From assembly GCA_048187355.1 (NCBI GenBank), contig DBEZDO010000069.1, positions 10,456-74,455 of the forward strand: DNA of 64,000 bases, written 5' to 3'. This document shows positions 21,216 through 30,400 of this stretch, one piece after another; the stretch's first letter is position 1, and the number at the start of each line of letters is the position of its first letter. A program made the position numbers and the translations under genes. The stretch comes from Collinsella sp. (GTDB lineage Bacteria; Actinomycetota; Coriobacteriia; Coriobacteriales; Coriobacteriaceae). A model generated the notes under the pieces. That model was not told where the DNA came from, did not search any database, and saw only the letters and a list, made by a program, of their open reading frames with translations.

Positions 21216-21662
21216 ATGCAACGCATTCTTTTTATCTGCTATGGAAATATCTGTCGCTCGACGATGGCTGAGTCCGTGTTTACCGAGCTAGTGCGGCGCG
21301 CCGGGCGCGCGGGCGAGTTTGTCATTGATTCCGCTGCGACCTCGACCGAGGAGATCGGCAACCCGCCACACCACGGCACCATTGCCAAGCTACGCGAGGT
21401 CGGGATTCCCGTCGTCGCACATCGCGCACGTCAGGTGCGTCGCGCGGAGTATGGCGACTGGGACCACATTGTCTATATGGACGACGAGAACGCCCGCGCC
21501 CTGTACCGAATTTTTGGGAAGGACCCCGATGGCAAGATCTCGCGCCTGCTCGATTGGACCGATCGCCCCGGCGACGTGGCCGACCCCTGGTACACCGGCA
21601 ATTTCGACGCCACCTACCGCGATGTACTCGCCGGTTGCACCGCCATGCTCGAGCAGCTGTAG
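21216..21662 (+). CDS. Low-molecular-weight protein tyrosine phosphatase
   Basis: CYGNICRS P-loop and DPWY motifs. Confidence 0.93.
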   Translation: MQRILFICYGNICRSTMAESVFTELVRRAGRAGEFVIDSAATSTEEIGNPPHHGTIAKLREVGIPVVAHRARQVRRAEYGDWDHIVYMDDENARALYRIFGKDPDGKISRLLDWTDRPGDVADPWYTGNFDATYRDVLAGCTAMLEQL

Positions 21663-21708
21663 GCGCTCGGGCGGCGCGGGCACACGGGCCACGCCATCGG
21701 CATAAAAC

Positions 21709-21807
21709 GAGCGTGGGTTTTCTCCCACTTTGAGCGCTCGAGTGCGCTCTAAACGGGAGAAAATCCACGCTCATGAATGTGACAAAGGGACTGCCCCTTT
21801 GCCACAT
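21709..21807. repeat. Long hairpin (21709-21772) followed by a family A palindrome (21776-21807)
   Basis: GAGCGTGGGTTTTCTCCC...GGGAGAAAATCCACGCTC, then AATGTGACAAAGGGACTGCCCCTTTGCCACAT; between convergent genes. Confidence 0.85.
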
Positions 21808-21819
21808 CCGGGACTGGCC

Positions 21820-23181
21820 CTAGACCGGCTTGACCTCCAGCTTTATCCCCTCGGCGCAGGAGTCGCCCAAAACATCCGAAAGGGCCCAGGTCGCATATAG
21901 CGGCAAATAGAGAACCGCTCCGTTGCGCTCAACGTTGCCTCTCGAGAAAACAATCCCGAGCCTTACGCCATATTCAGCCGTATCAAGCACATGACCGAGC
22001 GCAGCGTGCGCGTGGTAATAGGAGCCCGATTTAACCTCGATCGGAACAGCCGTCCCATCCGGCCCATCGACCACAAAGTCCACTTCACCGCGCTTTTTTG
22101 TCTGATAGTAGTAAAGCTGGCGATTTTGGGCAGCCAGCTGCTGGGCCGCCACGTTTTCGTAAATGCCGCCCAGATTGGGCTCCTTGCTATCAAGATACGC
22201 CGCTTGGGCGACTCCAACGGGGTAGCGCGCCATCAACATGCCCGTATCCGATTGGTATAGCTTGAACTGCGATGGCCGTGCCGTCTTGAGCAGGGGCGAC
22301 TTTGGCTCGGTTACGATATCGGCTTTGAGAGCAACGCCGGCATCGACAAGCCAGACAAAATCTCGCTGGTACTTCTCATAATGCGCCTTGGGGTCAATGG
22401 AATTGAGCACGAAACGCTTGTGTTCGCCCTCAAGCATAATGGGGAGCTGATCGTAGATGCTCTGCACCTGAAGGGCACGCCCGCTTGCATACTTGGAAAT
22501 ATCCCGTCGGTACTGTTCGTTGAGCTCGGACTGTAGCTGACGAACAGAGGCAAGGTCGCCCTGCGTGTCAAGGAAACGCTGCACGACCTCCGGCATTCCG
22601 CCGACAACGGTATAGGTCCTGAAGTTTGCCATCATCGCGTCATGAATGTAATCAGGAATGGGCCTCTCGCTGATACACGCGTCACGTATCGTTTGGCGAG
22701 CCCCCTCGCTCACCCCGGTTGCCCAGCAAAACTCCTCAAAATCGAGCGGGAACATCCTAAGCTCGTGGACATACCCCACGGGATAGGACCTGACGCCCTT
22801 GAACTGGGTCCCGAGCATTGACCCCGAAAACGCCCAGCGGCACCTCCCGTCCTCTACAAGGAACTTTGCCATCGTCATGATGTCGGGGGCCTCTTGGACC
22901 TCATCGATAAACACGAGCGTTTTGCCTGGTGCAATCGACTTTCCCGAAAGAAGCGTCACCCTGCTGATGAAATCATCGGCATTCCGCGCCTCGAGAAGAG
23001 CATCTTTTGCCTGGCGATTTTCCATGAGATTGAGCTCGATGTAGGTTGCATGGCTGGCTTTGCCAAATGCGCGAATCGAATAGCTTTTGCCGATCTGGCG
23101 AGAACCCGTGATGAATAAGGCCTTTTGCTCGGCAGACTTCAGCCAACGCTCCAGCTCTGCCGCTATTTTCCTGCGCAGCAT
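21820..23181 (-). CDS. AAA_14-type ATPase with a C-terminal DUF4143/PD-(D/E)xK-like domain
   Basis: GSRQIGKS, FIDEVQ, PLDFEEF, VGGMPE and EVDFV..VPIEVKSG. Confidence 0.88.
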   Translation of the reverse strand: MLRRKIAAELERWLKSAEQKALFITGSRQIGKSYSIRAFGKASHATYIELNLMENRQAKDALLEARNADDFISRVTLLSGKSIAPGKTLVFIDEVQEAPDIMTMAKFLVEDGRCRWAFSGSMLGTQFKGVRSYPVGYVHELRMFPLDFEEFCWATGVSEGARQTIRDACISERPIPDYIHDAMMANFRTYTVVGGMPEVVQRFLDTQGDLASVRQLQSELNEQYRRDISKYASGRALQVQSIYDQLPIMLEGEHKRFVLNSIDPKAHYEKYQRDFVWLVDAGVALKADIVTEPKSPLLKTARPSQFKLYQSDTGMLMARYPVGVAQAAYLDSKEPNLGGIYENVAAQQLAAQNRQLYYYQTKKRGEVDFVVDGPDGTAVPIEVKSGSYYHAHAALGHVLDTAEYGVRLGIVFSRGNVERNGAVLYLPLYATWALSDVLGDSCAEGIKLEVKPV

Positions 23182-23205
23182 AGGCTCTCCCCTCAGTGTC
23201 ATCAA

Positions 23206-23290
23206 ATGAAATGCAAAGTTTTATGCGCTTAATTATCGATGAAATGTAGGATTTTTAGAACCTAAAATCGGATGAAATGCAGAGATTTAG
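23206..23290. repeat. Three direct repeats ATGAAATGYA at an exact 33-bp period
   Basis: Starts at 23206, 23239 and 23272, immediately upstream of the minus-strand ATPase gene. Confidence 0.85.
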
Positions 23291-23323
23291 GATTATAAGC
23301 AAAAAGAAGGGGCAGCCCCGGCG

Positions 23324-23356
23324 AATGTGACAAAGGGACTGTCCCTTTGTCACATT
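23324..23356. repeat. Family A REP-like palindrome
   Basis: AATGTGACAAAGGGACTGTCCCTTTGTCACATT, perfect stem. Confidence 0.92.
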
Positions 23357-23364
23357 GCGCTCGA

Positions 23365-23694
23365 CTACTCGTCGACGATCTCGGCAAGCCAGACGTTCAG
23401 CGTATCGACCTCGGGGCAGCAGAACTTTGCCGTGCCGGGCTCGTTGCCAGGCACGGTTCCGCCATAGCGCAGGATATCGATATAGGGAAAGCCCACATGG
23501 CAGGCCATAGCGCACATCTTGCCGCGGTCTCGGTCGAAGTCAAAGACGTCGCCCGGCTTGTGACCATGGTGGCAGCGGCACGCACCCAGCTGGTCCACGC
23601 AGCTCACGCGGATACGCGGACGCTTGCCACGCGGCGCGCCGAGCGGCTTGTTCTCGCCCGCAGGCTTGACGCCGCCCTCATCAGCATTACTCAT
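23365..23694 (-). CDS. Small Cys-rich protein (TIGR04076-like)
   Basis: C..GHKPGDVF, MCAMA and FCCP motifs; overlaps the pdxK stop codon. Confidence 0.7.
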   Translation of the reverse strand: MSNADEGGVKPAGENKPLGAPRGKRPRIRVSCVDQLGACRCHHGHKPGDVFDFDRDRGKMCAMACHVGFPYIDILRYGGTVPGNEPGTAKFCCPEVDTLNVWLAEIVDE

Positions 23695-24511
23695 GGTCAA
23701 TCACATCCAGGCAGGCCTCGATGGGAAGGCCGGCGGACTTATCCTCCTGGTCGGCATTGCGCTCGATAAGCTCCGCTACCACGCGCATGGCATCGCTCGT
23801 CGCACGCTGCAGGCTCCAACCGGCCATAACGCGGCCGACGAGCACCGCCGAGAACGTGTCGCCCGTGCCCGGGAAATAGACCGGAATGAGCTCAAAGGGA
23901 ATCGTGAAGTACTCCCCCGCCACATGGTCGTAACCGATAACCGCGTTCGTGCCATTGACCACGGCGCTCGTAATGACCACCGACTTGGCACCCAGCTCGC
24001 GCACAGCGTCCACAAGGGCGCGGGCCTCATCGGGCGTGATCTGCTCTGCAATAGGCGTATCGGCGAGCAGACAGGCCTCGGTGTAGTTGGGCACCGCGTA
24101 GTCTGCGCACTCCAGCAGGTGCCGCATAAGGCCAATCGTGGACTCGGGCACACCGGCATAGAGCTTGCCGTTGTCGCCCATGATGGGATCGACGAACACC
24201 TTGGTGCCCTTTTGCGCGCGGCGGTGGCAAAAGTCCGAGATGATGCGCGTCTCTTCCTCGGTCACGATAAAGCCGGTCGAGATGGCGTCGAACTCAAAGC
24301 CGAGCTCCTCCCAAATGGCAAGACTCTGACGCACGTACTCCGTGGTGTCGTGGATGTAGAACTTGGGGTAGTTGAGCGTATCGGAAACAAGGGCCGTCGG
24401 CAGGTTGTGGATGCGATAGCCCATATGCGACAGCACCGGCAGCATGGCGGAAAGTGCGACCTTGCCGTAGCCGCACATATCGTTGATCAGCAGCAGCTGA
24501 GTGTTCTTCAT
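23687..24511 (-). CDS. pdxK: Pyridoxal/pyridoxamine kinase
   Basis: DMCGYGKVAL, LPTALVS, VDPIMGDNG, PNYTEA and PGTGDTF motifs. Confidence 0.85.
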   Translation of the reverse strand: MKNTQLLLINDMCGYGKVALSAMLPVLSHMGYRIHNLPTALVSDTLNYPKFYIHDTTEYVRQSLAIWEELGFEFDAISTGFIVTEEETRIISDFCHRRAQKGTKVFVDPIMGDNGKLYAGVPESTIGLMRHLLECADYAVPNYTEACLLADTPIAEQITPDEARALVDAVRELGAKSVVITSAVVNGTNAVIGYDHVAGEYFTIPFELIPVYFPGTGDTFSAVLVGRVMAGWSLQRATSDAMRVVAELIERNADQEDKSAGLPIEACLDVIDHE

Positions 24512-24693
24512 GAGGGTCTCCCTTGGTTCGGGCGCGGCGCAGCAGCGCCACAGTGCGACTAAGTGTAGCGCAGGGGACGTTGCGAGCGGAGTCGAGCGGC
24601 ACGAAGGGCAAATTGTTGCGGAAAGGTTTCGGAAACGAGGGGCTAGCTTGCTTCATTGCGGCTCATTTGCCGCCACTTATTCAGTGCCATTTC

Positions 24694-24845
24694 AAAACTA
24701 TGCCGGATTACGGGGCTGAACCTGAATGAGCCAACCACACCCCCTATTTTCAAATCATAGCGAGCCTTCTACCTGCGGTTTTCTTTTTACCAATTTCGGC
24801 ATGGTCGGCAATCCGTCGTTCAGCCCCGTAATCCGGCATAGTTTT
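24694..24845. repeat. 152-bp element with perfect 28-bp inverted arms around a conserved core (family E)
   Basis: Arms at 24694-24721 and 24818-24845; the core aligns in reverse with 40348-40441. Confidence 0.88.
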
Positions 24846-24850
24846 TAAGT

Positions 24851-24997
24851 TAGTCGTTGGGGACGTTCTTAAATGACTAGGCAAACAAGAACGTCCCCAA
24901 CGACTATCATGCCGCCGAAGTTGAAAGGCAGATTGCCGCTCTGGCGGGTTTGCAGCGTCGAGCCGTTACGCGGTTTGGTAAAACCGCGTAACCACTA
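24851..24997. repeat. Family B (24851-24906) and family D (24921-24997) repeats
   Basis: Match 9771-9828 and 10120-10197 respectively. Confidence 0.9.
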
Positions 24998-25070
24998 GTT
25001 TGGTACCTTGACAATCAATCTATGCGCTCCTAAATTAGTTAGGCACAAAACAATTCATCTACCTAACTAA
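24996..25070 (+). promoter_or_regulatory. Sigma70-type promoter and probable MarR operator
   Basis: TTGACA (25008)-17 bp-TAAATT (25031); TAGTT-N9-ACAAT occurs twice and the inverted repeat TTAGTTAGG...CCTAACTAA overlaps it. Confidence 0.65.
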
Positions 25071-25091
25071 GGAAAGGAGCGAAGCTTAGAT

Positions 25092-25595
25092 ATGTGTGTT
25101 GAACCACTCGTCCTTCCGCATGAGCCCGGCGGTGACCCGTCGCAACCGGTAGACATACCCGAAAAGGTCAGCGCCGAGGACAAACTCGCCAAGCGCATCC
25201 TGAGCGGCTTGGGATTTTGCGGCCATTACATGCACTTTCATGGCGGAGGCGTGTCCGGCAAGGCGCCCATCATCTGCCTGCTGGCCAAGCAGCCCGGCGG
25301 CGAGATGTCGCAGCAGGAACTCGGCATGCATTTTGACCTCAAGCCGGGGTCGCTTTCCGAGATCCTGTCCAAGCTCGAGGTCAACGGTCTCATCGAGCGC
25401 AGCCGTAACCCCAAGGATCGACGGCAACTCACCATTCGCCTGACCGAAACCGGCCGGGAAAACGCCCGCATCGACCAGGCGGCCCGCATCCGCTTTAGAG
25501 AACGGGCCTTTAGTGCCCTCACTCACGACGAGCGCGAGCAGCTCGCCGAAATGCTCGAGAAAATCCGTGTAACCTGGGAGGAACTGGATGATTAA
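25092..25595 (+). CDS. MarR family transcriptional regulator
   Basis: MSQQELG..SLSEILSKLEVNGLIER...DRR..LTETG winged helix. Confidence 0.92.
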   Translation: MCVEPLVLPHEPGGDPSQPVDIPEKVSAEDKLAKRILSGLGFCGHYMHFHGGGVSGKAPIICLLAKQPGGEMSQQELGMHFDLKPGSLSEILSKLEVNGLIERSRNPKDRRQLTIRLTETGRENARIDQAARIRFRERAFSALTHDEREQLAEMLEKIRVTWEELDD

Positions 25596-27411
25596 AACCC
25601 TCATGGGCAGCATCCGCGACTATATGAAAGTCACTGTTGCCACGCCATTGCTCGTGCTTGGCGAGGTGCTCTGCGAGATGCTGATTCCATTTATCACCGC
25701 CAACCTGATCGACGCCATCAAAGACGGCACCACCGTAGCCGAGATGCTTCCCACCGCGGGCTTTTTGGTGCTCATCGCGCTGACATCGCTGGCTTTTGGC
25801 GCCGCTGCCGGCGTCACCTGCAGCCACGCGAGTTGCGGCTTCGCCAAGAACCTGCGTCACGACCTGTTCTACAAAATCCAGACGTTCAGCTTTGCCAACA
25901 TCGATGAGTTCTCGAGCTCCTCGCTCGTCACGCGTCTGACCACCGACATCAACAACGTGCAGCAGGCCTTTATGATGATCATCCGTATCGCCGTGCGTGC
26001 GCCGCTGGTATTGATCTTCGCCTTTACCATGGCGTTTATCATGGGCGGCAGCGTTGCCATGGTCTACCTGGTCATCATTCCGCTGCTGGGCTTTGGACTG
26101 TTCTTTATCATCTTTAAGGTACGCCCCATCTTCTCGCGCGTGTTCCACAAGTACGACGCCCTTAACGAGTCCGTCGAGGAAAACGTCACCGGCATGCGCG
26201 TGGTCAAGAGCTACGTGCGCGAAGACTTTGAGAAGGAGAAGTTCGCCACCGCCGCGCGCGACGTCCAGATGGACTTCACCCGCGCCGAGAAGCTGCTCGC
26301 CTTTAACAACCCCATGATGAACATCTGCGTCAACGGCGCGTTCGTCGTCATCATCTACCTGGGCTCCGAGCTCATCATCACGAGCCAGGGCACCTTGTTC
26401 GACGTGGGCCAGCTCTCCTCCATCTTTACCTATGGCTTCCAGATTCTGATGAGTCTGATGCAGCTGTCGATGATCTTTGTCATGGTGACCATGGCCGACG
26501 AGTCGGCACACCGCATTACCGAGGTGCTTGCCGCCGAGCCCACAATCGCCAACCCGACCGAGCCCGTGCTCGAGGTTGCCGACGGCTCCATCGACTTTGA
26601 CCACGTGAGCTTTAAGTACTCCGAGCACGCGAAGCGCCAGGCGCTCGACGATATCGACCTGCATATTAAGAGCGGCGAGACCATCGGTATTATCGGCGGC
26701 ACCGGCTCGGCCAAGTCGACGCTCGTGAATCTGATCGCCCGCCTGTACGATGTCACCGAAGGCACCGTGCGCGTCGGCGGCGTGAACGTACGCAACTACG
26801 ATCTGGACGCGCTGCGCCACCAGGTAGCCATGGTGCTGCAGAAAAACGTGCTGTTTAGCGGCACCATCGCCGAAAACCTGCGCTGGGGCGACCCGAACGC
26901 CACCGACGAGGAAGTCCGCGAGGCAGCACATCTGGCCTGCGCCGACGAGTTTGTCGACGGCTTCCCCAAGGGCTACGACACCTGGATTGAGCAGGGCGGC
27001 TCCAACGTTTCCGGCGGCCAGAAGCAGCGCCTGTGCATTGCGCGTGCCCTGCTGCGTCGCCCCAAGATCTTGATCCTGGATGACTCCACGAGCGCCGTCG
27101 ACACCAAGACCGACGCCAAGATCCGCGAGGGCCTGGCGAGTTATCTGCCCAACACGACCAAGCTCATCATTGCCCAGCGTATTAGCTCCGTGCAGGATGC
27201 CGATCGCATCATCGTCATGGAGGGCGGCCGCATCAAGGACATCGGCAACCACGACGAGCTGCTCAAGACGAGCGAGATCTACCGCGAGACCTTTACCTCG
27301 CAGAACAAGATGAGCGCCGAGGGCGAGGACGCGGGCGAGACCGCTGCAGCCGGCACCGAGGCATCTGCATCGCAAGCCCAGACCCAGGAAGGAGGCGAGG
27401 CACATGAGTAA
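25588..27411 (+). CDS. Heterodimeric multidrug-type ABC transporter subunit (degenerate site)
   Basis: TM domain plus GGTGSAKS, VSGGQKQR and LDDSTSAVD. Confidence 0.93.
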   Translation: MIKTLMGSIRDYMKVTVATPLLVLGEVLCEMLIPFITANLIDAIKDGTTVAEMLPTAGFLVLIALTSLAFGAAAGVTCSHASCGFAKNLRHDLFYKIQTFSFANIDEFSSSSLVTRLTTDINNVQQAFMMIIRIAVRAPLVLIFAFTMAFIMGGSVAMVYLVIIPLLGFGLFFIIFKVRPIFSRVFHKYDALNESVEENVTGMRVVKSYVREDFEKEKFATAARDVQMDFTRAEKLLAFNNPMMNICVNGAFVVIIYLGSELIITSQGTLFDVGQLSSIFTYGFQILMSLMQLSMIFVMVTMADESAHRITEVLAAEPTIANPTEPVLEVADGSIDFDHVSFKYSEHAKRQALDDIDLHIKSGETIGIIGGTGSAKSTLVNLIARLYDVTEGTVRVGGVNVRNYDLDALRHQVAMVLQKNVLFSGTIAENLRWGDPNATDEEVREAAHLACADEFVDGFPKGYDTWIEQGGSNVSGGQKQRLCIARALLRRPKILILDDSTSAVDTKTDAKIREGLASYLPNTTKLIIAQRISSVQDADRIIVMEGGRIKDIGNHDELLKTSEIYRETFTSQNKMSAEGEDAGETAAAGTEASASQAQTQEGGEAHE

Positions 27412-29323
27412 GGCCACTACCGCCGAGCGCGTACGCAACCGCAAGGGCGGCGCCATGACGCGCCTCATCAGAATGCTCTTTGGCTTCTACCCGGTGCTTT
27501 TGCCCCTCGTCGTCGCCGGCGTGGTGCTCTGCGCCGTCATCAACTCCATCGGCGCGACGTTTCTCCAGAGCGCGCTGCAGGTCATCAGCGAATCATGGCA
27601 GTCGGGCGACTGGACGGCCGCGCAGCCCAAAATTCTGAAGCTTGTGACTACCCTCGGCTGCATCTACGCCGTGGGCGTCGCGTCTTCGCTCTTCTGGAAC
27701 CGCGCCATGGCCGTCATCACGCAGGGCTCGCTCGAGAAGCTGCGCGAGAAGATGTTCAACCGCATGCAGGACCTGCCGATCCGCTACTTCGACACGCATC
27801 AGCGCGGCGACATCATGAGCCACTACACCAACGACATCGACACGCTGCGCCAAATGATCAGCCAGTCGCTGCCCAACCTGCTTATGACGATCATCGTCAT
27901 CGTCACGGTGTTCTTCATCATGCTGTACTACAGCGTTTGGATGTGCCTGGTCATCATTGCCGGCGTCGCCTTTATGACCTTTATGACCAAGCTCCTCGGA
28001 TCCAACTCCGCGCGCTTCTTCATTGCACAGCAGACCGAGCTCGGCGTGGTCGAAGGTCATATCGAGGAGGTCATGAACGGTCAGAAGGTCGTCAAGGCGT
28101 TTTGCCACGAGTCCGCCGCCGAGGCCGATTTCGATGAGCGCAACGAGAAGCTCTTCGAGGTCTCGCAGAAGGCCAACATGTACGCCAACATCCTCATGCC
28201 CGTCCTTATGAACCTGGGCAACCTGCTCTACGTGCTGGTCGCGTTGGCCGGCGGCATCTTCCTGGCGCTGGGCGTGCCTAACCTGAGCATCTCGGGCATG
28301 GCGCTTTCCATCGCCGTCGTGGTACCGTTCCTCAACATGACCAAGCAGTTCTGCGGCCAGATCGGCCAGATCTCGCAGCAGATCAACGCCGTGGTCATGG
28401 GCCTTGCCGGCGCCGAGCGCATCTTTGAGCTGCTCGACGAGGAGCCCGAGGCCGACGAGGGCTACGTGACGCTTGTCAACGCGCAGGTCAACCCCGACAC
28501 TTGGCAGCTCGAGGAGGCCGACCACCACACCGGCATGTGGGCGTGGAAGCATCCGCACCGCGCGACCGGCGAAATTGAGTACGTGCCGCTGCGTGGCGAT
28601 CTGGTCATGGACAACGTGGACTTTGGCTACACGCCCGACCACGAGGTGCTGCACGGCGTGTCCGTGTACGCCAAGCCGGGTCAGAAAGTCGCGTTTGTCG
28701 GTGCCACCGGTGCCGGTAAGACGACCATCACCAACCTCATCAACCGTTTCTATGACATCGCCGACGGCAAGATTCGCTACGACGGCATCAACGTCAACAA
28801 GATCCGCAAGGCAGACCTGCGCCGCTCGCTGGGCGTGGTGCTGCAGGACGTGAACCTGTTCACCGGCACCGTGATGGATAACATCCGCTACGGCAACCTG
28901 GACGCTACCGACGAGGAGTGCATCGCGGCGGCCAAGCTCGCGGGCGCGGACGACTTTATCACCCGCCTGCCCGACGGCTACGACACGATGCTCACCGGCA
29001 ACGGCGCACAGCTGTCGCAGGGCCAGCGCCAGCTGATCTCGATCGCCCGCGCCGCCGTCGCCGATCCGCCGGCGATGATTCTGGACGAGGCCACGTCGAG
29101 TATCGACACCCGCACCGAGGCTATCGTGCAGGAGGGCATGGATAAGCTCATGGAGGGCCGCACGACGTTTGTCATCGCGCACCGCCTTTCCACCGTGCGC
29201 AACTCCGACGCGATCATCTGTCTGGATCACGGCCGTATCATCGAGCGCGGCAACCACGACGAGCTGATCGCCAAGCGCGGGTACTACTACCAGCTGTACA
29301 CGGGAGCGTTTGAGCTGGAGTAG
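27404..29323 (+). CDS. Heterodimeric multidrug-type ABC transporter subunit
   Basis: TM domain plus GATGAGKT, LSQGQRQL, LDEATSSID and IAHRLST. Confidence 0.93.
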   Translation: MSKATTAERVRNRKGGAMTRLIRMLFGFYPVLLPLVVAGVVLCAVINSIGATFLQSALQVISESWQSGDWTAAQPKILKLVTTLGCIYAVGVASSLFWNRAMAVITQGSLEKLREKMFNRMQDLPIRYFDTHQRGDIMSHYTNDIDTLRQMISQSLPNLLMTIIVIVTVFFIMLYYSVWMCLVIIAGVAFMTFMTKLLGSNSARFFIAQQTELGVVEGHIEEVMNGQKVVKAFCHESAAEADFDERNEKLFEVSQKANMYANILMPVLMNLGNLLYVLVALAGGIFLALGVPNLSISGMALSIAVVVPFLNMTKQFCGQIGQISQQINAVVMGLAGAERIFELLDEEPEADEGYVTLVNAQVNPDTWQLEEADHHTGMWAWKHPHRATGEIEYVPLRGDLVMDNVDFGYTPDHEVLHGVSVYAKPGQKVAFVGATGAGKTTITNLINRFYDIADGKIRYDGINVNKIRKADLRRSLGVVLQDVNLFTGTVMDNIRYGNLDATDEECIAAAKLAGADDFITRLPDGYDTMLTGNGAQLSQGQRQLISIARAAVADPPAMILDEATSSIDTRTEAIVQEGMDKLMEGRTTFVIAHRLSTVRNSDAIICLDHGRIIERGNHDELIAKRGYYYQLYTGAFELE

Positions 29324-29337
29324 GAACGGTTACTGAC

Positions 29338-29443
29338 GGAGGGTGCCCCGGGGCGTCGGGGTAATTCCTCCGTGCTCAAACATTCTCGCTTCGCTGCGAA
29401 ACTGCGCGCGGAGGAAATACCCCGCCGCCCCGGGGCACCCTCC
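29338..29443. repeat. ~106-bp GC-rich hairpin element (family F)
   Basis: GGAGGGTGCCCCGGGGCG...CGCCCCGGGGCACCCTCC; the arm resembles 62103-62117. Confidence 0.8.
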
Positions 29444-29486
29444 TGCGCGCAATCAGCCCGTCATTTAGAACGGAATAAAAGTTAGT

Positions 29487-29519
29487 GAGGCCCTGGCCGG
29501 TTGGCCAGGGCCTCGTTTT
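29487..29519 (+). terminator. Intrinsic terminator of the MarR-ABC operon
   Basis: GAGGCCCTGGCC-GGTT-GGCCAGGGCCTC followed by GTTTT. Confidence 0.75.
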
Positions 29520-29592
29520 GTAAGGATGATTTGGGAGGTGGTGGAGGACCGGTCTTTCTGGGACGTGGCTAAAATCCCCGTCCCAGAAAAAT

Positions 29593-29648
29593 CATTGCGC
29601 AGGTAGGACGGCAAAGGTAGCTAGAAAAGCCCCATCCTAAATGAGCTA
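29593..29648. repeat. Left ~56-bp direct repeat bordering the pilus operon
   Basis: Aligns with 35666-35720 with about 9 differences by manual count. Confidence 0.85.
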
Positions 29649-30380
29649 CAAGACCTCTGCTATAAGTGCTCGGCGCCCGTTTGTTTTATCACTGCAGGTA
29701 GAAAGCGCGATGATGCGTGCATCGGGGCCAACGTCATCCATGTTCTCGTGCACCGCCGTCTGCGAAACATGCGTGAGCAGCGTCTGCATCGAGGCCTGGT
29801 CCAGGTTTCCCGGCCCAAAGATAATGTCATCGCTCGCAGCAAACGAGCACACGGCAACAATGCGCAGGCGGAACGCCCCATCCTTTGTGTAGAGCGTGCC
29901 CGTGCGGTGCAGGTCAAAGAAGCCCCTGTCTAAAAACCGGTCGACATCGCCAAACATCGCGCCGTTATCCATGTGGTGCGCATAGAGCAGATTGTAGGAA
30001 TCGGTCACCGCGCGACTGTTGCGCGTATCCAAAAACACCGCTCCCGAAACCGCGGACTCCCCCAACGCGTTTTTGTTGAGGTATTCCTGGTTATCTTTTC
30101 CCTGAACAAAGGGATAGTCGATGTTGGTGCCATCGATGGTGACCCATCCGACCACGTCGGGATTTTTGGTCATCAGTTCCTGCAGGCGTGCGCAATCGTT
30201 GGCCCCGGTGGGTTTGTAGTGCAGCAGCTCATCGCTGATGAACCCGCCGTTCATAACGTTGTTTGTATCCCACAGCGAATAGCCCCCGTACAGCAGCATG
30301 AGCAGCACGAGAAAGCCGGCAAACCACGTAAGTACGCGGTCGCCGGCTCTCGCCAGCCGAGCTATGCGTTTAAGCTCCAT
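29646..30380 (-). CDS. srtB: Class B sortase (pilus polymerase)
   Basis: N-terminal TM, NPDVVGWVTIDGTNIDYP..QGKDN.EYL, YAHHMDNGAMFG, LSTC and a downstream Arg. Confidence 0.9.
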   Translation of the reverse strand: MELKRIARLARAGDRVLTWFAGFLVLLMLLYGGYSLWDTNNVMNGGFISDELLHYKPTGANDCARLQELMTKNPDVVGWVTIDGTNIDYPFVQGKDNQEYLNKNALGESAVSGAVFLDTRNSRAVTDSYNLLYAHHMDNGAMFGDVDRFLDRGFFDLHRTGTLYTKDGAFRLRIVAVCSFAASDDIIFGPGNLDQASMQTLLTHVSQTAVHENMDDVGPDARIIALSTCSDKTNGRRALIAEVL

Positions 30381-30400
30381 CGGCTGTAATCCTCGCTGTT

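Noticed and set aside
28455..28590. Extra linker segment in the ABC subunit
   Set aside because: Appears to be a normal subfamily feature; the frame and motifs are intact.
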